Positions 27,579-40,500 of a stretch of 64,000 nucleotides of DNA are shown here, piece after piece. The stretch's first letter is position 1, and each line of letters opens with the position of its first letter. The notes beneath the pieces were generated by a model that saw nothing but the letters and a program-made list of their open reading frames with translations, searched no databases and was not told the DNA's origin. Source of the DNA: Octopus sinensis (taxonomy: Eukaryota); assembly GCF_006345805.1 (NCBI RefSeq), contig NC_043010.1, positions 5,332,001 to 5,396,000 on the forward strand. The letters run 5' to 3'. The position numbers and the translations under genes were made by a program.

Positions 27579-27806
27579 TTGACCCTTTAGCATTTAAGCC
27601 AGCCATATTCAGCCAAAATGTTCTACCTGTCTTGTGTTCAAATCAGCCACATCTGCCCACTCACACCTACCCTACAATGTCAACCCAAGAGTAAACAACC
27701 ACATCATCAAAATCTCAGATCTATGAGATAATGTATGATTAATTGAAAGCAGTGTGACTAAATATGCATTATGATTGACAGAATTATCTGATTGCTAAAG
27801 TGTTAA
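27579..27806. mobile_element. piggyBac-type MITE, second family
   Basis: TTGA-CCCTTTAGCA ... TGCTAAAGTG-TTAA, degenerate TIRs and TSD. Confidence 0.6.
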
Positions 27807-29500
27807 ATGTATCAATCTGTGCCTTTTATATTGCAACTTCTTATACAAGCAATGGATAAAGAAAAGTAAAGTTGAGCAAATAAACTATGAAATATTGATT
27901 CTTTACCACAGAGAGCTTTTATGTGATCTTTTAACTAGCTAGAAATGGTGAACCAAATCACCCTTAAACCAAATACCTCTTAAACCAAATCACCCATCTT
28001 TAAAACGAATTAACAGTCATGTTAAATGATAGAATCCTGGAGGCCTTTAAAACTATGGAATAATCAGAATCGAACTATCTGGGGGTTAATTTGATATTCC
28101 TATAAAGCTAAGTTTGGCTTTGCTTTCCATCCTTCTGAGGTTGATAAAATGAAGTACTGAAACTCAATTAACATTACTAAACCTAAGCTAAATACTGACG
28201 TTGAGTACATATTCCTATGAAGATATTCTTGACTGAATGAAATTATCATAGAAAACTAAGACAATGACTAACTTTGCTTTTTATCCTTTCTACATCAATA
28301 AAATAAAACGATGATAGTGTTTTCCATCTTGTGGCCATGATCCTATAAATTGTATGATTCTATCTCCAAAGAGTGAGAGCAGCCCTCACTCTACATGAGT
28401 TTTAGCTAAATCTCATGATGCTTTTTGCAGCCACTTGTTATTCTTACATACTTTTGCCTGTTGTCCAGTTATGGTTTTCCTAACAATATATCCATTTCTA
28501 TTCAACTATTTGTGGAGAACATCAACTGCGATTCCTTACATCAAAACTGCTTTGACCAGGGGTTAAGCAACCACTGAAATCTGGATATCCTTCAGCTAAA
28601 ATATAACATTATTTATGTCTGTACTGTTAATGGAAAACATATGAAGAATTGAAAGAGGCCAGATCTCAGAGCGTTTGTCCTCATAGATGAAATGATCATG
28701 ATTACAAAGTGTTAGAAACACCAATTTTTCATCTACGACAGTTATCAGTTATTTACAATTTTGTAATATATAAATGGCCAAAAAAATGTTTATTACATGC
28801 AATCATCATTCACTTCCGTACAAAATAAACATATAGATGTTTGCAATGAACAGCATGAAATTCAGGCAATAACAAACACTATAGGTTCTTGTTCCCCAAC
28901 AAAGTCCAGTTCTTGTTGAAGTGCTGTGACTTGTGTGTCTCAGTGGCACTGGGAGCTATGCCAGTGGCTCCTAGCTGGGCTTTCCTTGGGGGGTAAGAAT
29001 GGGTTTGGGTAGGGCCAACACTCCTACCTTGAAAATTGCAATGTTGCACAAGCATCAATGACATTTCAAAGCCAGCAAGACCAAGGAGATGAAGTTCTAC
29101 ATCCATAAATGAAATGGGAAAGGACAGTCTCAGAGTTGAGAACGAAGGAGAAGTCAACGATGGATTATGCTCCAGAGAGAGGCGAAGGTTTAAGTAAGTA
29201 TACATTCTTGTTCTGTAAATTCCAGACAGTTATTATTATTTGTTCAATTAATGCCCAATTTTTCATACTAGCATGGTTTGGATGAGGAGTTATTTGAGAC
29301 AGGATTTTTACAGCCAGATGCTCTTCCAATTATCAATCCCAAACTATTTATCAAATAAAGTTTCTTTTTGTTTGGCCTACAGGTTTTTGGAATCACAGAG
29401 GGCCAGTCATTATGTCATTAAAGAAACTAAACATCATATCAATATTTAGCTCAGCAGCTGACAAGCAAAGACTTCAGGAGTCAATATCTTTACGCATATG

Positions 29501-29549
<49 letters not shown>

Positions 29550-30099
29550 ACATGCACTGACATACAATGTCATCATGGTTTTAATGTCTTTTTCATGCTT
29601 ACTTAGGTTAGCTGGGATTCATTAAAGTTAAAATTCTATTAGTTTGCTAGATGGCAAAGAATGATGGATTTGATGTCTATAGCTGATGGAGCCTAACAAC
29701 ACAGCAATGCACAGGTCCCACAGTCCTATGACAACACTCACAGCCCAGAAATGTGTTTTCATACACATAGTTTATAAGGAGAATTTTTCTTCATAGATAA
29801 TTTCCATAGCAAAGGTTTTTCCATGTCCAAGTGTACACAAACAAGTCAAATGTTATTGTGCACACATATATTTCAATCAAAGCTACTTTTTTCCCCTTTA
29901 GTTGATTAATTCTAGATTGATGAAGATTTACACACAGCAGCAAAGTTACTATTTATAGTTCAGATATAAGAACACTTGTTTCTTAGTGGGCTACGAATGA
30001 CGAAATCAGTCTCCATACATAACAAAATGTAACAACGCAGAAATGGTTTGATCCTATGGTTTGATCAGATCAGTCTTAGTCCAATGATGCTTTCATAAA

Positions 30100-30432
30100 C
30101 ATTGTCCATAAGGAGAATTTTTCTCCTGAGATAACTTTCATTGTGAAGGTCTTTCCATGTCCTAGAATACACAAACACGTTAAATGTAATTGTTCACACA
30201 TTGTTCACTGGTTGTGAACTCGTAATAGCATACCTGGTGATACACGTGCAAATGAGTTGGTGATGAATTCCTTTAAATAATTTGTCTTTTATCTTTCTGC
30301 GATACACCATACCTTTCAAATGCCCCCAAAGGTAGAAATCAAGATGGGTCAGATCAGGGGATCTAGGGGATCTTACAAACTGTTTCTTGTAAAAAAAATT
30401 TTCCCTTGTATGGAGAATTTTGAATTACCCTG

Positions 30433-30434
<2 letters not shown>
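30100..30434 (-). mobile_element. Internally deleted Tc1/mariner-superfamily element
   Basis: Minus strand reads SPRSPDLTHLDFYLWGHLKGMVY (SPDL.P.DF.LWG.LK motif). Terminus TACAGGGTAATTCAAAATT. A partial sister copy lies at about 29770-29870. Confidence 0.8.
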
Positions 30435-30478
<44 letters not shown>

Positions 30479-30480
30479 TA

Positions 30481-30665
30481 TACGTGCCACCTGTGCAGGT
30501 AGCACGTAAAAAGCACCCACTACACTCGCAGAGTGGTTGGCATTAGGAAGGGCATCCAGCCGTAGAAACTCTGCCAGATCAGACTGGAGCCTGGAGCAGC
30601 CCCTGGCTTCCCAGACCCTGGTCGAACCGTCCAACCCATGCTAGAGCGGAAAACGGACGTTAAAC

Positions 30666-30696
<31 letters not shown>

Positions 30697-32939
30697 TAGG
30701 TATGTATACATATATATATATATATATAATTCATGAAGGAAACAGACAATGGGTTTGGTACAAATCAATATTCAATGTGATAATTGTTTTAATCCATCCT
30801 GCAGCTGTCCCTTATGGGTAGGATATTGTGCAGCAAGTTGCATTGCATTAATCAGCGCAGTCTGTGTCTCCTCAGGGGTTTGGTATAAAAGATATAGGAG
30901 TGGCTGTGTGGTAAGTAGCTTGTTTACCAACCACATCGTTCTGGGTTCAGTCCCACTATGTGGCATCTTGGGCAAGTGTCTTCTACTATAGCCTCGGGCC
31001 GACCAAAGCCTTGTGAGTGGATTTGGTAGACAGAAACAGAAAGAAGCCCGTCGTATATATGTATATATATATGTATGAGTGTGTGTGTGTTGTGTGTCTG
31101 TGTTTGTCCCCCCCCCCCCCAACATCGCTTGACAACCGATGCTGGTGTGTTTACATCGCTGTCACTTAGGGGTTCGGCAAAGGAGACCAATAGAATAAGT
31201 ACTGGGCTTACAAAGAATAAGTCCCAGGGTCGATCTGTTCGACTAAAAGCGCTGCTCCAGCATGGCCGCTGTCAAATGACTGAAACAAGTAAAAGAGAAA
31301 GAGAAACTCTACTGTGTTCCTCCATAAACATAGCAGAGATTTGCCCAAGGTGCTTCAAGGTGTAATTCAACTCTAAATCAGATTGTTCAGACGTGAACTT
31401 CATAACTACACAAAAACATTAAAAATATATATTACATCGATCATTCAAAACCAGAAGGCGCTTTTAAATGCCTCTTTAAGACATTGGTTGGAGAGACAGA
31501 ACATTCCTCTTCAGAAATATTTGAAGACATTTTATTCATTAACAAAATTTTCATAGAAATAAGCCCTGAATCTATTCATGTCATTCATAAATTTCATACT
31601 TCTTAGCCACTGGCTTATATATGTATGAGTGTGTATGTGTATGTGTGTGTGTATGTGTATGTATATGTGTGTGTATGTATATGTGTGTCTATATATATAA
31701 TATATATATATATATTATATATATATACGTGCCACCTGTGCAGGTAGCACGTAAAAAGCACCCACTACACTCGCAGAGTGGTTGGCATTAGGAAGGGCAT
31801 CCAGCCGTAGAAACTCTGCCAGATCAGACTGGAGCCTGGAGCAGCCCCTGGCTTCCCAGACCCTGGTCGAACCGTCCAACCCATGCTAGAGCGGAAAACG
31901 GACGTTAAACGATGATGATGATGATGATGATGATGATGTAGGTATGTATACATATATATATATATATAATTCATGAAGGAAACAGACAATGGTTTGGTAC
32001 AAATCAATATTCAATGTGATAATTGTTTTAATCCATCCTGCAGCTGTCCCTTATGGGTAGGATATTGTGCAGCAAGTTGCATTGCATTAATCAGCGCAGT
32101 CTGTGTCTCCTCAGGGGTTTGGTATAAAAGATATAGGAGTGGCTGTGTGGTAAGTAGCTTGTTTACCAGCCACATCGTTCTGGGTTCAGTCCCACTATGT
32201 GGCATCTTGGGCAAGTGTCTTCTACTATAGCCTCGGGCCGACCAAAGCCTTGTGAGTGGATTTGGTAGACAGAAACAGAAAGAAGCCCGTCGTATATATG
32301 TATATATATATGTATGAGTGTGTGTGTGTTTGTGTGTCTGTGTTTGTCCCCCCCCCCCCCAACATCGCTTGACAACCGATGCTGGTGTGTTTACATCGCT
32401 GTCACTTAGGGGTTCGGCAAAGGAGACCAATAGAATAAGTACTGGGCTTACAAAGAATAAGTCCCAGGGTCGATCTGTTCGACTAAAAGCGCTGCTCCAG
32501 CATGGCCGCTGTCAAATGACTGAAACAAGTAAAAGAGAAAGAGAAACTCTACTGTGTTCCTCCATAAACATAGCAGAGATTTGCCCAAGGTGCTTCAAGG
32601 TGTAATTCAACTCTAAATCAGATTGTTCAGACGTGAACTTCATAACTACACAAAAACATTAAAAATATATATTACATCGATCATTCAAAACCAGAAGGCG
32701 CATTTAAATGCCTCTTTAAGACATTGGTTGGAGAGACAGAACATTCCTCTTCAGAAATATTTGAAGACATTTTATTCATTAACAAAATTTTCATAGAAAT
32801 AAGCCCTGAATCTATTCATGTCATTCATAAATTTCATACTTCTTAGCCACTGGCTTATATATGTATGAGTGTGTATGTGTATGTGTGTGTGTATGTGTAT
32901 GTATATGTGTGTGTATGTATATGTGTGTCTATATATATA

Positions 32940-32945
<6 letters not shown>
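30481..32945 (+). repeat. Near-identical tandem duplication of ~1.24 kb (30481-31725 / 31726-32945), containing SINE C and SINE A copies
   Basis: Offset is 1245 at the start and 1240 at the end. Differences I could see are a few substitutions plus homopolymer and microsatellite length changes. Confidence 0.95.
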
Positions 32946-32971
<26 letters not shown>

Positions 32972-32991
32972 GTATGTATGTATGTATGTAA

Positions 32992-33037
<46 letters not shown>

Positions 33038-33595
33038 GTATATATATACGTATATATATGTATATATATATATTATTGCAGTTATTATCTCACACCTGCT
33101 CCCCAGAACATATCATATATATCATGTGTATTATTTTGATAAACGAAATGATACTTAATACAAGAGTCTTTCTTTAATAAAATATTGATAGCATCCAAAC
33201 TTTTGCTGGACGAAAACTGCTGATATGTATGCAAATACATACACATCTACACAGAAACACACAAACACACACATACACACACACACACACATTGTAAACA
33301 TATGTGCACATATGTACATATTTAGACGCTCACTGTACACATGCATATATTCATCATACACCAAACATATGTGTGTATGTATGTATGTATGTATGTATGT
33401 ATGTATGTATGTATGTATACACATATATTAATAAAAATCTGTAAATGTACAACCATCCAGATTTCTGAGTACCTTATTTGTTCTAATATAAAATACCTGT
33501 ACATCACCTTTAAACCTATATATATATAAGAATTTTTGTGTAATACGATAAAAAAAACCAAGGCTGTATGGATATTAGAGCAGTTATAGATAGAT

Positions 33596-33650
33596 GGTCT
33601 TACAGCTGTTTCTAGGATATTAATTAATAATATCCCTTCATCGGAAATGG
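33596..33650 (-). ncRNA. Variant hammerhead motif in a ~250 bp (TA)n-flanked element (33520-33775)
   Basis: Minus strand TTT-CCGATGA-AGGGATATT(ATTAATT)AATATCCT-A-GAAA-CAGCTG-TA-AGA. U4 is C, stem III is palindromic, stem I is weak. Confidence 0.5.
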
Positions 33651-33773
33651 TGTGAACCAACGTTGAACCCTTTATACACAATATTACCAAACTTGGAACT
33701 TAACTATGGTCTGTCTATAGCACTTATTCATCATTACCTGACACCTTTTGGTCTCAATGACACCATTATCTCT

Positions 33774-33829
<56 letters not shown>

Positions 33830-33911
33830 TATATATAATAATATATATATATAATAATTATTTGAGGGAATATAAATCCAAACTTAATTATTACCAATCA
33901 CTATCAAAAAC

Positions 33912-33959
<48 letters not shown>

Positions 33960-34413
33960 CAAACACACGCACACACTCACATGCACAAGCACACATATCC
34001 ATATATATAATCATTTAGAATAAAATCTTTCGACAAATCTAGATAACCAATAATATAAAGAAAAATGGAACCGGCCTTCAGCATTTCAGTTCAGATAAAA
34101 TAGACTTCTGGTATCCAGAAATGAACTTATCAATATGATATTGATTTTACTTTATAATTTATTGACTCTATTTATTCCATGAATTATCATAAGGTAAATT
34201 TATTACAATAATTAATTTCTACTCATGGAATGACTAACAAAAGATCTAAAAACACAACAGGTTGGTTCCATTATGAATTAAGGTATTTTTGTTTCATTTT
34301 CTGGTTTTTTTTTTTTTTGGTTTTTTTTTTGTTATTGGTAAAATAATAATGATTGTAATATTTTAGTGCCATAATCTTTTGATCAAAAATAACAATATAT
34401 TCAAATTATTTAC

Positions 34414-36822
34414 CTGACTATCTCCTTTCGTTATGGTCTGCATTTGAAATCCAGAAGCGGAACCTTCCAGATTAGGTTCTGATTTATATCCTGAATGGGT
34501 CTCCCTTTTGGGTACTGTAATTTGGCAGTTTCTATTACTAACTTGGTCTCCTACTATGGTAAATGGAATGTCATATTTTGGTGAAATAGGTTCGCATATA
34601 TATTCTGATGGTCTTCGTTCTCCGACTAAATCATTGTTTGCATCAATCCGGTAACCGTACTGAACCTCTCTTTGATTCTGTCTTTGAACAATGCAGACTA
34701 TTATAGAGACTACAATAGCTGTAGATATTATCACAGCAGCTATTACGATTATTACTACTAAACTGATATGTATCATATCATCTGACTCAGTGTGTTGAGC
34801 TGTGTAAAGCTGAGAGGTGCTGTTGCTGACCGTTAGAGTCAGAAATACTGTGGTGGTTGCTGACAATACTGGAGTCCCACTGTCTCTGACCACAAACTGA
34901 AGGTCATATGAGCCAGCATCATTTTGGTAAACTGGACGAGAGAAAGACAATACTCCAGAATGTGGGTTTACATTAAACAACTGTTTGTCATTGCCTTTGA
35001 CAATTTCATACGTGAGGAAAGCATTCACATGACTGTCTCTGTCAGAGGCTCTTAGTACTGTGATGTCTTTGTTAATTTGTGGATGATAGTGGACATCTAG
35101 ACTGAAAGGGTTGACACTAGGGAAAGTAAAGTATGGTACGTTGTCATTCTCATCCATGACTTTAACAATAACATTTGCAGTGTTGTTTAACGGTGGAATT
35201 CCACTGTCTTTTACAGAAACTTGAAATTTATAGATTTCTTGTTGCTCACGATCTAAAGATTGTGTCGTTGAAATAAATCCAAAATCAGAAATTTCAAATG
35301 GAAGAACATATTGATCCTTACTGTAGAGAGAATAATAAAGTTTATTTTCTGGTCCCAGATCTGGATCAGTGGCATTTATAAATCCAACAAGGAAGTTTGA
35401 TTTTTCATTTTCATAGGCCAAAAATTTAAATGTATCTTTGGTAAACATAGGCCTCACATCATTGATATCCACTACTTCGATTGAAAATTGGCTCTGAGTT
35501 TGTAATGAGGGAGAACCTCTATCTTTACAAGTTATATCAAATTCAATGTGACTTTCAGTTTCTCGATCGATTTCACTTTTTACTATAACTTTATATTTCA
35601 TTTTACCTAAACTCTGGAGTTGAAGTTTGTCATGCTGAAGGAAACAGTCTACTTCTCCATTCTGACCAATGTCATCATCTATGATCTTAACAAAGGCTAT
35701 AAAACTGCCGACTTTTATTCCTTCGGATATTGTCAATTTATTTCCAGATGATTGGGAAACAAATTTTACCTCAATTTTGGGTATGTTATTTTGTTGATTT
35801 ATGATATTTACTAAAACCATGACTGTAGAACTCAGAGGTGGAATACCTCCATCTACAGCTTCAATAAACAACTTGTGGATTTTCTTGGACCCTGAGAAAT
35901 ACTTTTGGATAAGGAAAATCTCACCTGTTTCCTTAACTAATTTGAAATAAGATTTAGCATTGTTAGATGTTTTGGAACCAAAATAATATGATATTTTACC
36001 ATTTTCGCCACTGTCTAAATCCGTTGCAGATAATGTGGTAATGGGTTTGTTCTTCCTAAATCCGTTATTGAGTGAAACATTGTAAACATTTTTAGCAAAA
36101 CGTGGTGGGTTATCATTAACATCTGTTATGGAAACGTGGACATTTAAAATAGATTGTTTTGGAGGAAATCCTTGGTCCTTGGCTACTATCTGTATGTTAT
36201 ATTCATCTTCCATTTCTCTATCAAGTCTTTGCTCCAAAATTATTCCAAGTGTAGCTGTCCCATCTATTTTCTTGGACACAGATAAACTAAATGGCTGGCC
36301 ATGTTCATTCTTCATCCAGTAAACAATTTGCGAGTTCTGAATTCCAACATCTTTGTCAATAGCATTTGCTATTGAACGTCTTACCCCTTTGCGATCATCT
36401 TCAGAAAATTCTATCTTTACATGATCCTCAGGGAACTCTGGACGGTGATCATTGACGTCTTTTAATATAACTTTGATTTCAAGAATTTTTACAAATGATT
36501 CCTTATTTTGAACAGCAATATCAACTGTCCTGAAGCATTCAGTATTGTATTTGCAAAGCGCTTCAGTATCTAGTTGTTGAGCAGTGTAAAGTTTCCCAGT
36601 TCTGGAGACGTTAAATAACCATAATGTGTTATTAATTCCTTCTTTTAGTTGACTGAACCAAATTAATGCACGGTCTTTTAAAGGTATGTTTTCCAACTGT
36701 ATGTCTGCAGCGATATTTCCAATATATGTATCAGGTCTTTGCCCTTCCTCTACTTGATAAGTGATATCTATGCACAAGGCGAGATTTGGAAGGAAGAGGA
36801 ATATATATGTATGTATCTTCAT
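34414..36822 (-). CDS. Protocadherin, coding exon 1 (signal peptide, EC1-EC6, transmembrane helix, proximal cytoplasmic tail); 803 codons
   Basis: 819-aa ORF (34363..36822) with a hydrophobic N-terminus. Cadherin motifs: DxD-x-G, LDRE/IDRE, and linkers DVNDHRP, DVNDNPP, DINDVRP, DENDNVP. EC1 has the protocadherin C-x5-C motif (LCKYNTEC). TM segment ISLVVIIVIAAVIISTAIVVSIIVCIV. A phase-0 donor CAG|GTAAAT at 34414/34413 follows ...ITKGDSQ, so the last 16 ORF residues are probably intron read-through. An acceptor TTTTCTTTCATTTCAG| at 36859 implies an upstream non-coding exon. Confidence 0.97.
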
Positions 36823-36858
36823 ATTTCTTAATGTAAAAATCCAATCCAGTGAGAAAAT
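36823..36858 (-). other. 5' UTR part of protocadherin exon 1, downstream of a splice acceptor
   Basis: Polypyrimidine tract plus CAG (AG at 36860-36859), 36 nt before the ATG at 36822. Confidence 0.6.
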
Positions 36859-36982
36859 CTGAAATGAAAGAAAATAGTTTTGTATTTGATATTTTTGTTA
36901 CAAATAACAACAACAACTACAACAATAACAGCAACAACAACAACAACAATAATAATAATAATAATAATGATAATAATAATAA

Positions 36983-37523
36983 TGCAGTACCAGGCAGTGG
37001 CTCTCATGGCTTCTGATCTTAACTGATTGGAAGTGTTATCATGTACATTGTTTTGTCTTGGTATAAAAGATGGGCTACAGCAAATATTGTGCTCAATACC
37101 ACTGATTTGCTTGTCAGTTGTTTGACCAGTTGAGCATGTCCCTTAGTGGCTGATGATATGTGCATCTCTGATCATGAGCAGAAGTAGTCGGGGAGCATTA
37201 TAGCTGTGTGTTGAAAGGAATTCTTAGAGGTTTGGATAATTCACCTTTGGAAACATGGGTGGTTCGTTCAACATCCTTAAACAACCCTTATTCAGGGACC
37301 TTTTGAGCGGGATGAGTTACTCAACAAAAAAAAAAATTCTAACTGGGCCCCACCTGCAAGGTCATGTGCTGTTTATCTTGATATGAGATCACCATATCGC
37401 ACACATATGGTTGTGATGCATGTGCCTAGTGTACCCTTATCAGACGGGTAGTCATGAGGGGAAACTGAGCTTCGTATATTTTACCCCAGTGTCACTTTGA
37501 TGGCATGCACTGCTCTCTTACTC

Positions 37524-37524
<1 letters not shown>
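36983..37524. mobile_element. ~550 bp interspersed repeat embedded in (AAT)n, copy 2
   Basis: Same sequence and orientation as 12361-12915. Confidence 0.8.
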
Positions 37525-37568
<44 letters not shown>

Positions 37569-37937
37569 GATTTTATACATTTAAATTTAAATGATATTTG
37601 TCATCATCACTGTCTATATTGTCATTGTTTTTATGTCATACATATATAAATACATACATACTTAAATATATATATGTGGGATGAGTGGGAGGTTTGTGTG
37701 TGCCTGTATCTCGACATGAGCATCACCAACATACAAGCAATGTTGTTCACTTCCATTCTTCTGTGAAAAAATGTCTAGCCATGGGAAAATTTTACCCTAC
37801 TTGGAAACAAGCGAGGATGGTGACAAGAAGGACATCTGGCTGCAAAAATCTGCCTGAACACATTCTGTCTCATCTATGCTTGTTCTGTAACTTGTTCTGC
37901 CCCAAGTTACAGACACTCCCTTGTCACTTTCACTATT

Positions 37938-38165
37938 GGCAGAATCGTTAGCACGCTGGGTGAAATGCTTAGCAGTATTTTGTCTGCCACTACGTTCTGA
38001 GTTCAAATTCCGCCGAGGTCGACTTTGCCTTTCATCCTTTCGGGGTCGATTAAATAAGTACCAGTTACGCACTGTGGTCGATCTAATCGACTTAATCCGT
38101 TTGTCTGTCCTTGTTTGTCCCCTCTGTGTTTAGCCCCTTGTGGGTAGTAAAGAAATAGGTATTGA
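37938..38165 (+). mobile_element. SINE family B
   Basis: TGGCAGAATCGTTAGCACGCTGGG...GAGTTCAAATTCCGCCGAGGTCGACTTTGCCTTTCATCC...GTAAAGAAATAGGTATT. Confidence 0.9.
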
Positions 38166-38622
38166 CTGAACCAGTGATTAATTCAAACCTGTACCTAATG
38201 ACACTATTTTTCACTAAATGCAATAGAAAATTAATTTTAAACAACTTAAGAGCAAATAAATTTACAACTTATCTAAGGAATTTGAAATTTTTTTCATCTG
38301 TTCTCTTTTATTCTTGGGCATCAGCATTTATGTAACACCACTATAAATTCTTCTTCTGTACTTGCTTTATGAGCCAATGGATCTCATGGCTTTCTCAGAT
38401 CTCTTAACCTTGATTGTTATTAATAAATATTTCTTTGAATTAAGAATAAGGGCCAATTTATTTAGTAGCGGGATAATGTCAATAGAACTGACTTCAGTAT
38501 ATTACTAGTAATTGCTATATATTTGCTAATTGTGTCAATTCCTCTGTGTTGCTTCTTATAATATGAGCTGCTTAATGAATTATGTGCCTTTTGCAGTGCC
38601 CTGCTAATTACGGTAGCTGGAA

Positions 38623-38657
<35 letters not shown>

Positions 38658-39267
38658 TAAAACACAAAAGAATGAGGATTTTAGTCCACAATAGGGAACA
38701 CCTTGTAAAAGTTATATACATGCATTTTTCTTCAGATCAGCATAATGCTATTATTGATTAAATATGAATCAACTACTCACAGAGAACCATCACATCTAAG
38801 GACCTTAAGATGTGTGCAGAAAAGAAACACATATTGGCATCTTATATGTTAGAAATTATTAATTAAAGTTATATAATCCTCTGTTCGTTATTATGTATTT
38901 CCATATATATACATATATATAGTTTCATGCGTGTGTATATATGTGTGTGTGTGTGTGTGTGTGTGGTTCCATGTGTATATATGTATATATGGAAAGAAGA
39001 AATGTATTCTCACAGAAGGAAAAATATAGAATATGGTTTGGAGTTTGAAAAGGAACCTGAATCTGAAAAACGTGTAGTCTTTTTTAAATAGATTTATTCA
39101 CATACCAAACTAGTTTCAGCAATTTCTTGCTTAACAATAGCAGACACACATATACATATCTAAAAGAGGTGGACAGGAGAGTCTAAAAGTACCAGGTAAA
39201 AATTGGACAAGCATTTTTAAACCATCATCAAACTTTCAAAATGTTCACAGAATATATATATGCATGT

Positions 39268-39334
<67 letters not shown>

Positions 39335-39396
39335 TGTATATATGTATATGTATATATATTATATGTATATATATATATTGTATATATATGTATATA

Positions 39397-39443
<47 letters not shown>

Positions 39444-39454
39444 GTATATATATG

Positions 39455-39485
<31 letters not shown>

Positions 39486-39571
39486 ATATATATATATATA
39501 CATATATACATATATATATATATTATATATATATTATAGTATTATATATATATATATATATATATATATTC

Positions 39572-39766
39572 TTGTGCCGCTGGCACGTAAAAAGCACCCA
39601 CTACACTCTCGGAGTGGTTGGCGTTAGGAAGGGCATCCAGCTGTAGAAACACTGCCAGATCAGACTGGAGCCTGGTGCAGCCCCTGGCTTCCCAGACCCT
39701 GGTTGAACCGTCCAACCCGTGCTAGCACGGAAAACAGACGTTAAACGATGATAATGATGATGATGA
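39572..39766 (+). mobile_element. SINE family C with (GAT)n tail
   Basis: Matches the family C sequence; inserted in (TA)n. Confidence 0.85.
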
Positions 39767-40205
39767 TATATATATATGTATGTATATATATCACAACACT
39801 TCAGTCAGTTTAGAAGCTATTTGTGACTAAATCAAAATAGTCAAGATAGCTAGACCAGATAAATTTGACAAACTATCTTCAGTGTGTTGGAAAGTTATAG
39901 ATCAGGGAATTCAACTATTTCATAATAATGAACACTCCAGACTTTAGTCCTCTCAAACAAGAGCTTTTTCTTGCATAGAGTGCCCAACATAACAGATGCT
40001 ACACAAGACTGTAAAATTTTGAGACTACTTTAGAAAGCGCTAAAAATTTGTTGAATATATTTCAGACACTAAGCACAGGTATGGTTTGGAAACAGGTAAG
40101 AGTTGTTGACAGGAAAGGGGCCATCCAGCTGTAGATAATCTGTTTCAATTAATTCTACCCGAATCATGGAAGCATAGAAAAGGGGACATTAAAATAATTG
40201 TAGCA

Positions 40206-40317
40206 GTGATGATGATGATAATAATGATGATACTGATGATGATGATGATGATGACGATGATGATGACGACCACAATGAGGGCAATGATCACAATAATGAT
40301 AGTGGTGGTAGTGGTGG

Positions 40318-40366
<49 letters not shown>

Positions 40367-40417
40367 GGTGGTGGTGGTGATGATGATGATGATGATGACG
40401 ATGACGATAATGATGAC

Positions 40418-40448
<31 letters not shown>

Positions 40449-40500
40449 TTGATGATGATGATGATGGTGGTGATGATGATGATGATGATGATAGTGGTGA
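40206..40500 (+). repeat. Compound (GAT)n/(GGT)n microsatellite, probably an expanded SINE C tail
   Basis: Follows a decayed family C 3' end (...GGACATTAAAA). Confidence 0.8.

Noticed and set aside
28879-29205. 108-aa non-repetitive ORF in the long intron, considered as a protocadherin exon
   Set aside because: No convincing splice sites or protocadherin similarity. It looks more like a decayed retroelement fragment of uncertain family.
30772-32430. Duplicated 117- and 139-aa ORFs
   Set aside because: Mostly antisense SINE family A sequence inside the tandem duplication.
34363-34413. ORF C-terminus VNNLNILLFLIKRLWH*
   Set aside because: It begins at a CAG|GTAAAT donor and phase-compatible downstream exons exist, so it is most likely intron.
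37140-37460. CTGATGA and CTGATAAG motifs in the 550 bp repeat
   Set aside because: No properly placed stem II plus GAAA, so not called as hammerheads.
39095-39145. Minus-strand AGCAA/TTGCT hairpin followed by GAAACTAG...GTA
   Set aside because: No recognisable CTGANGA; at best a heavily decayed hammerhead.
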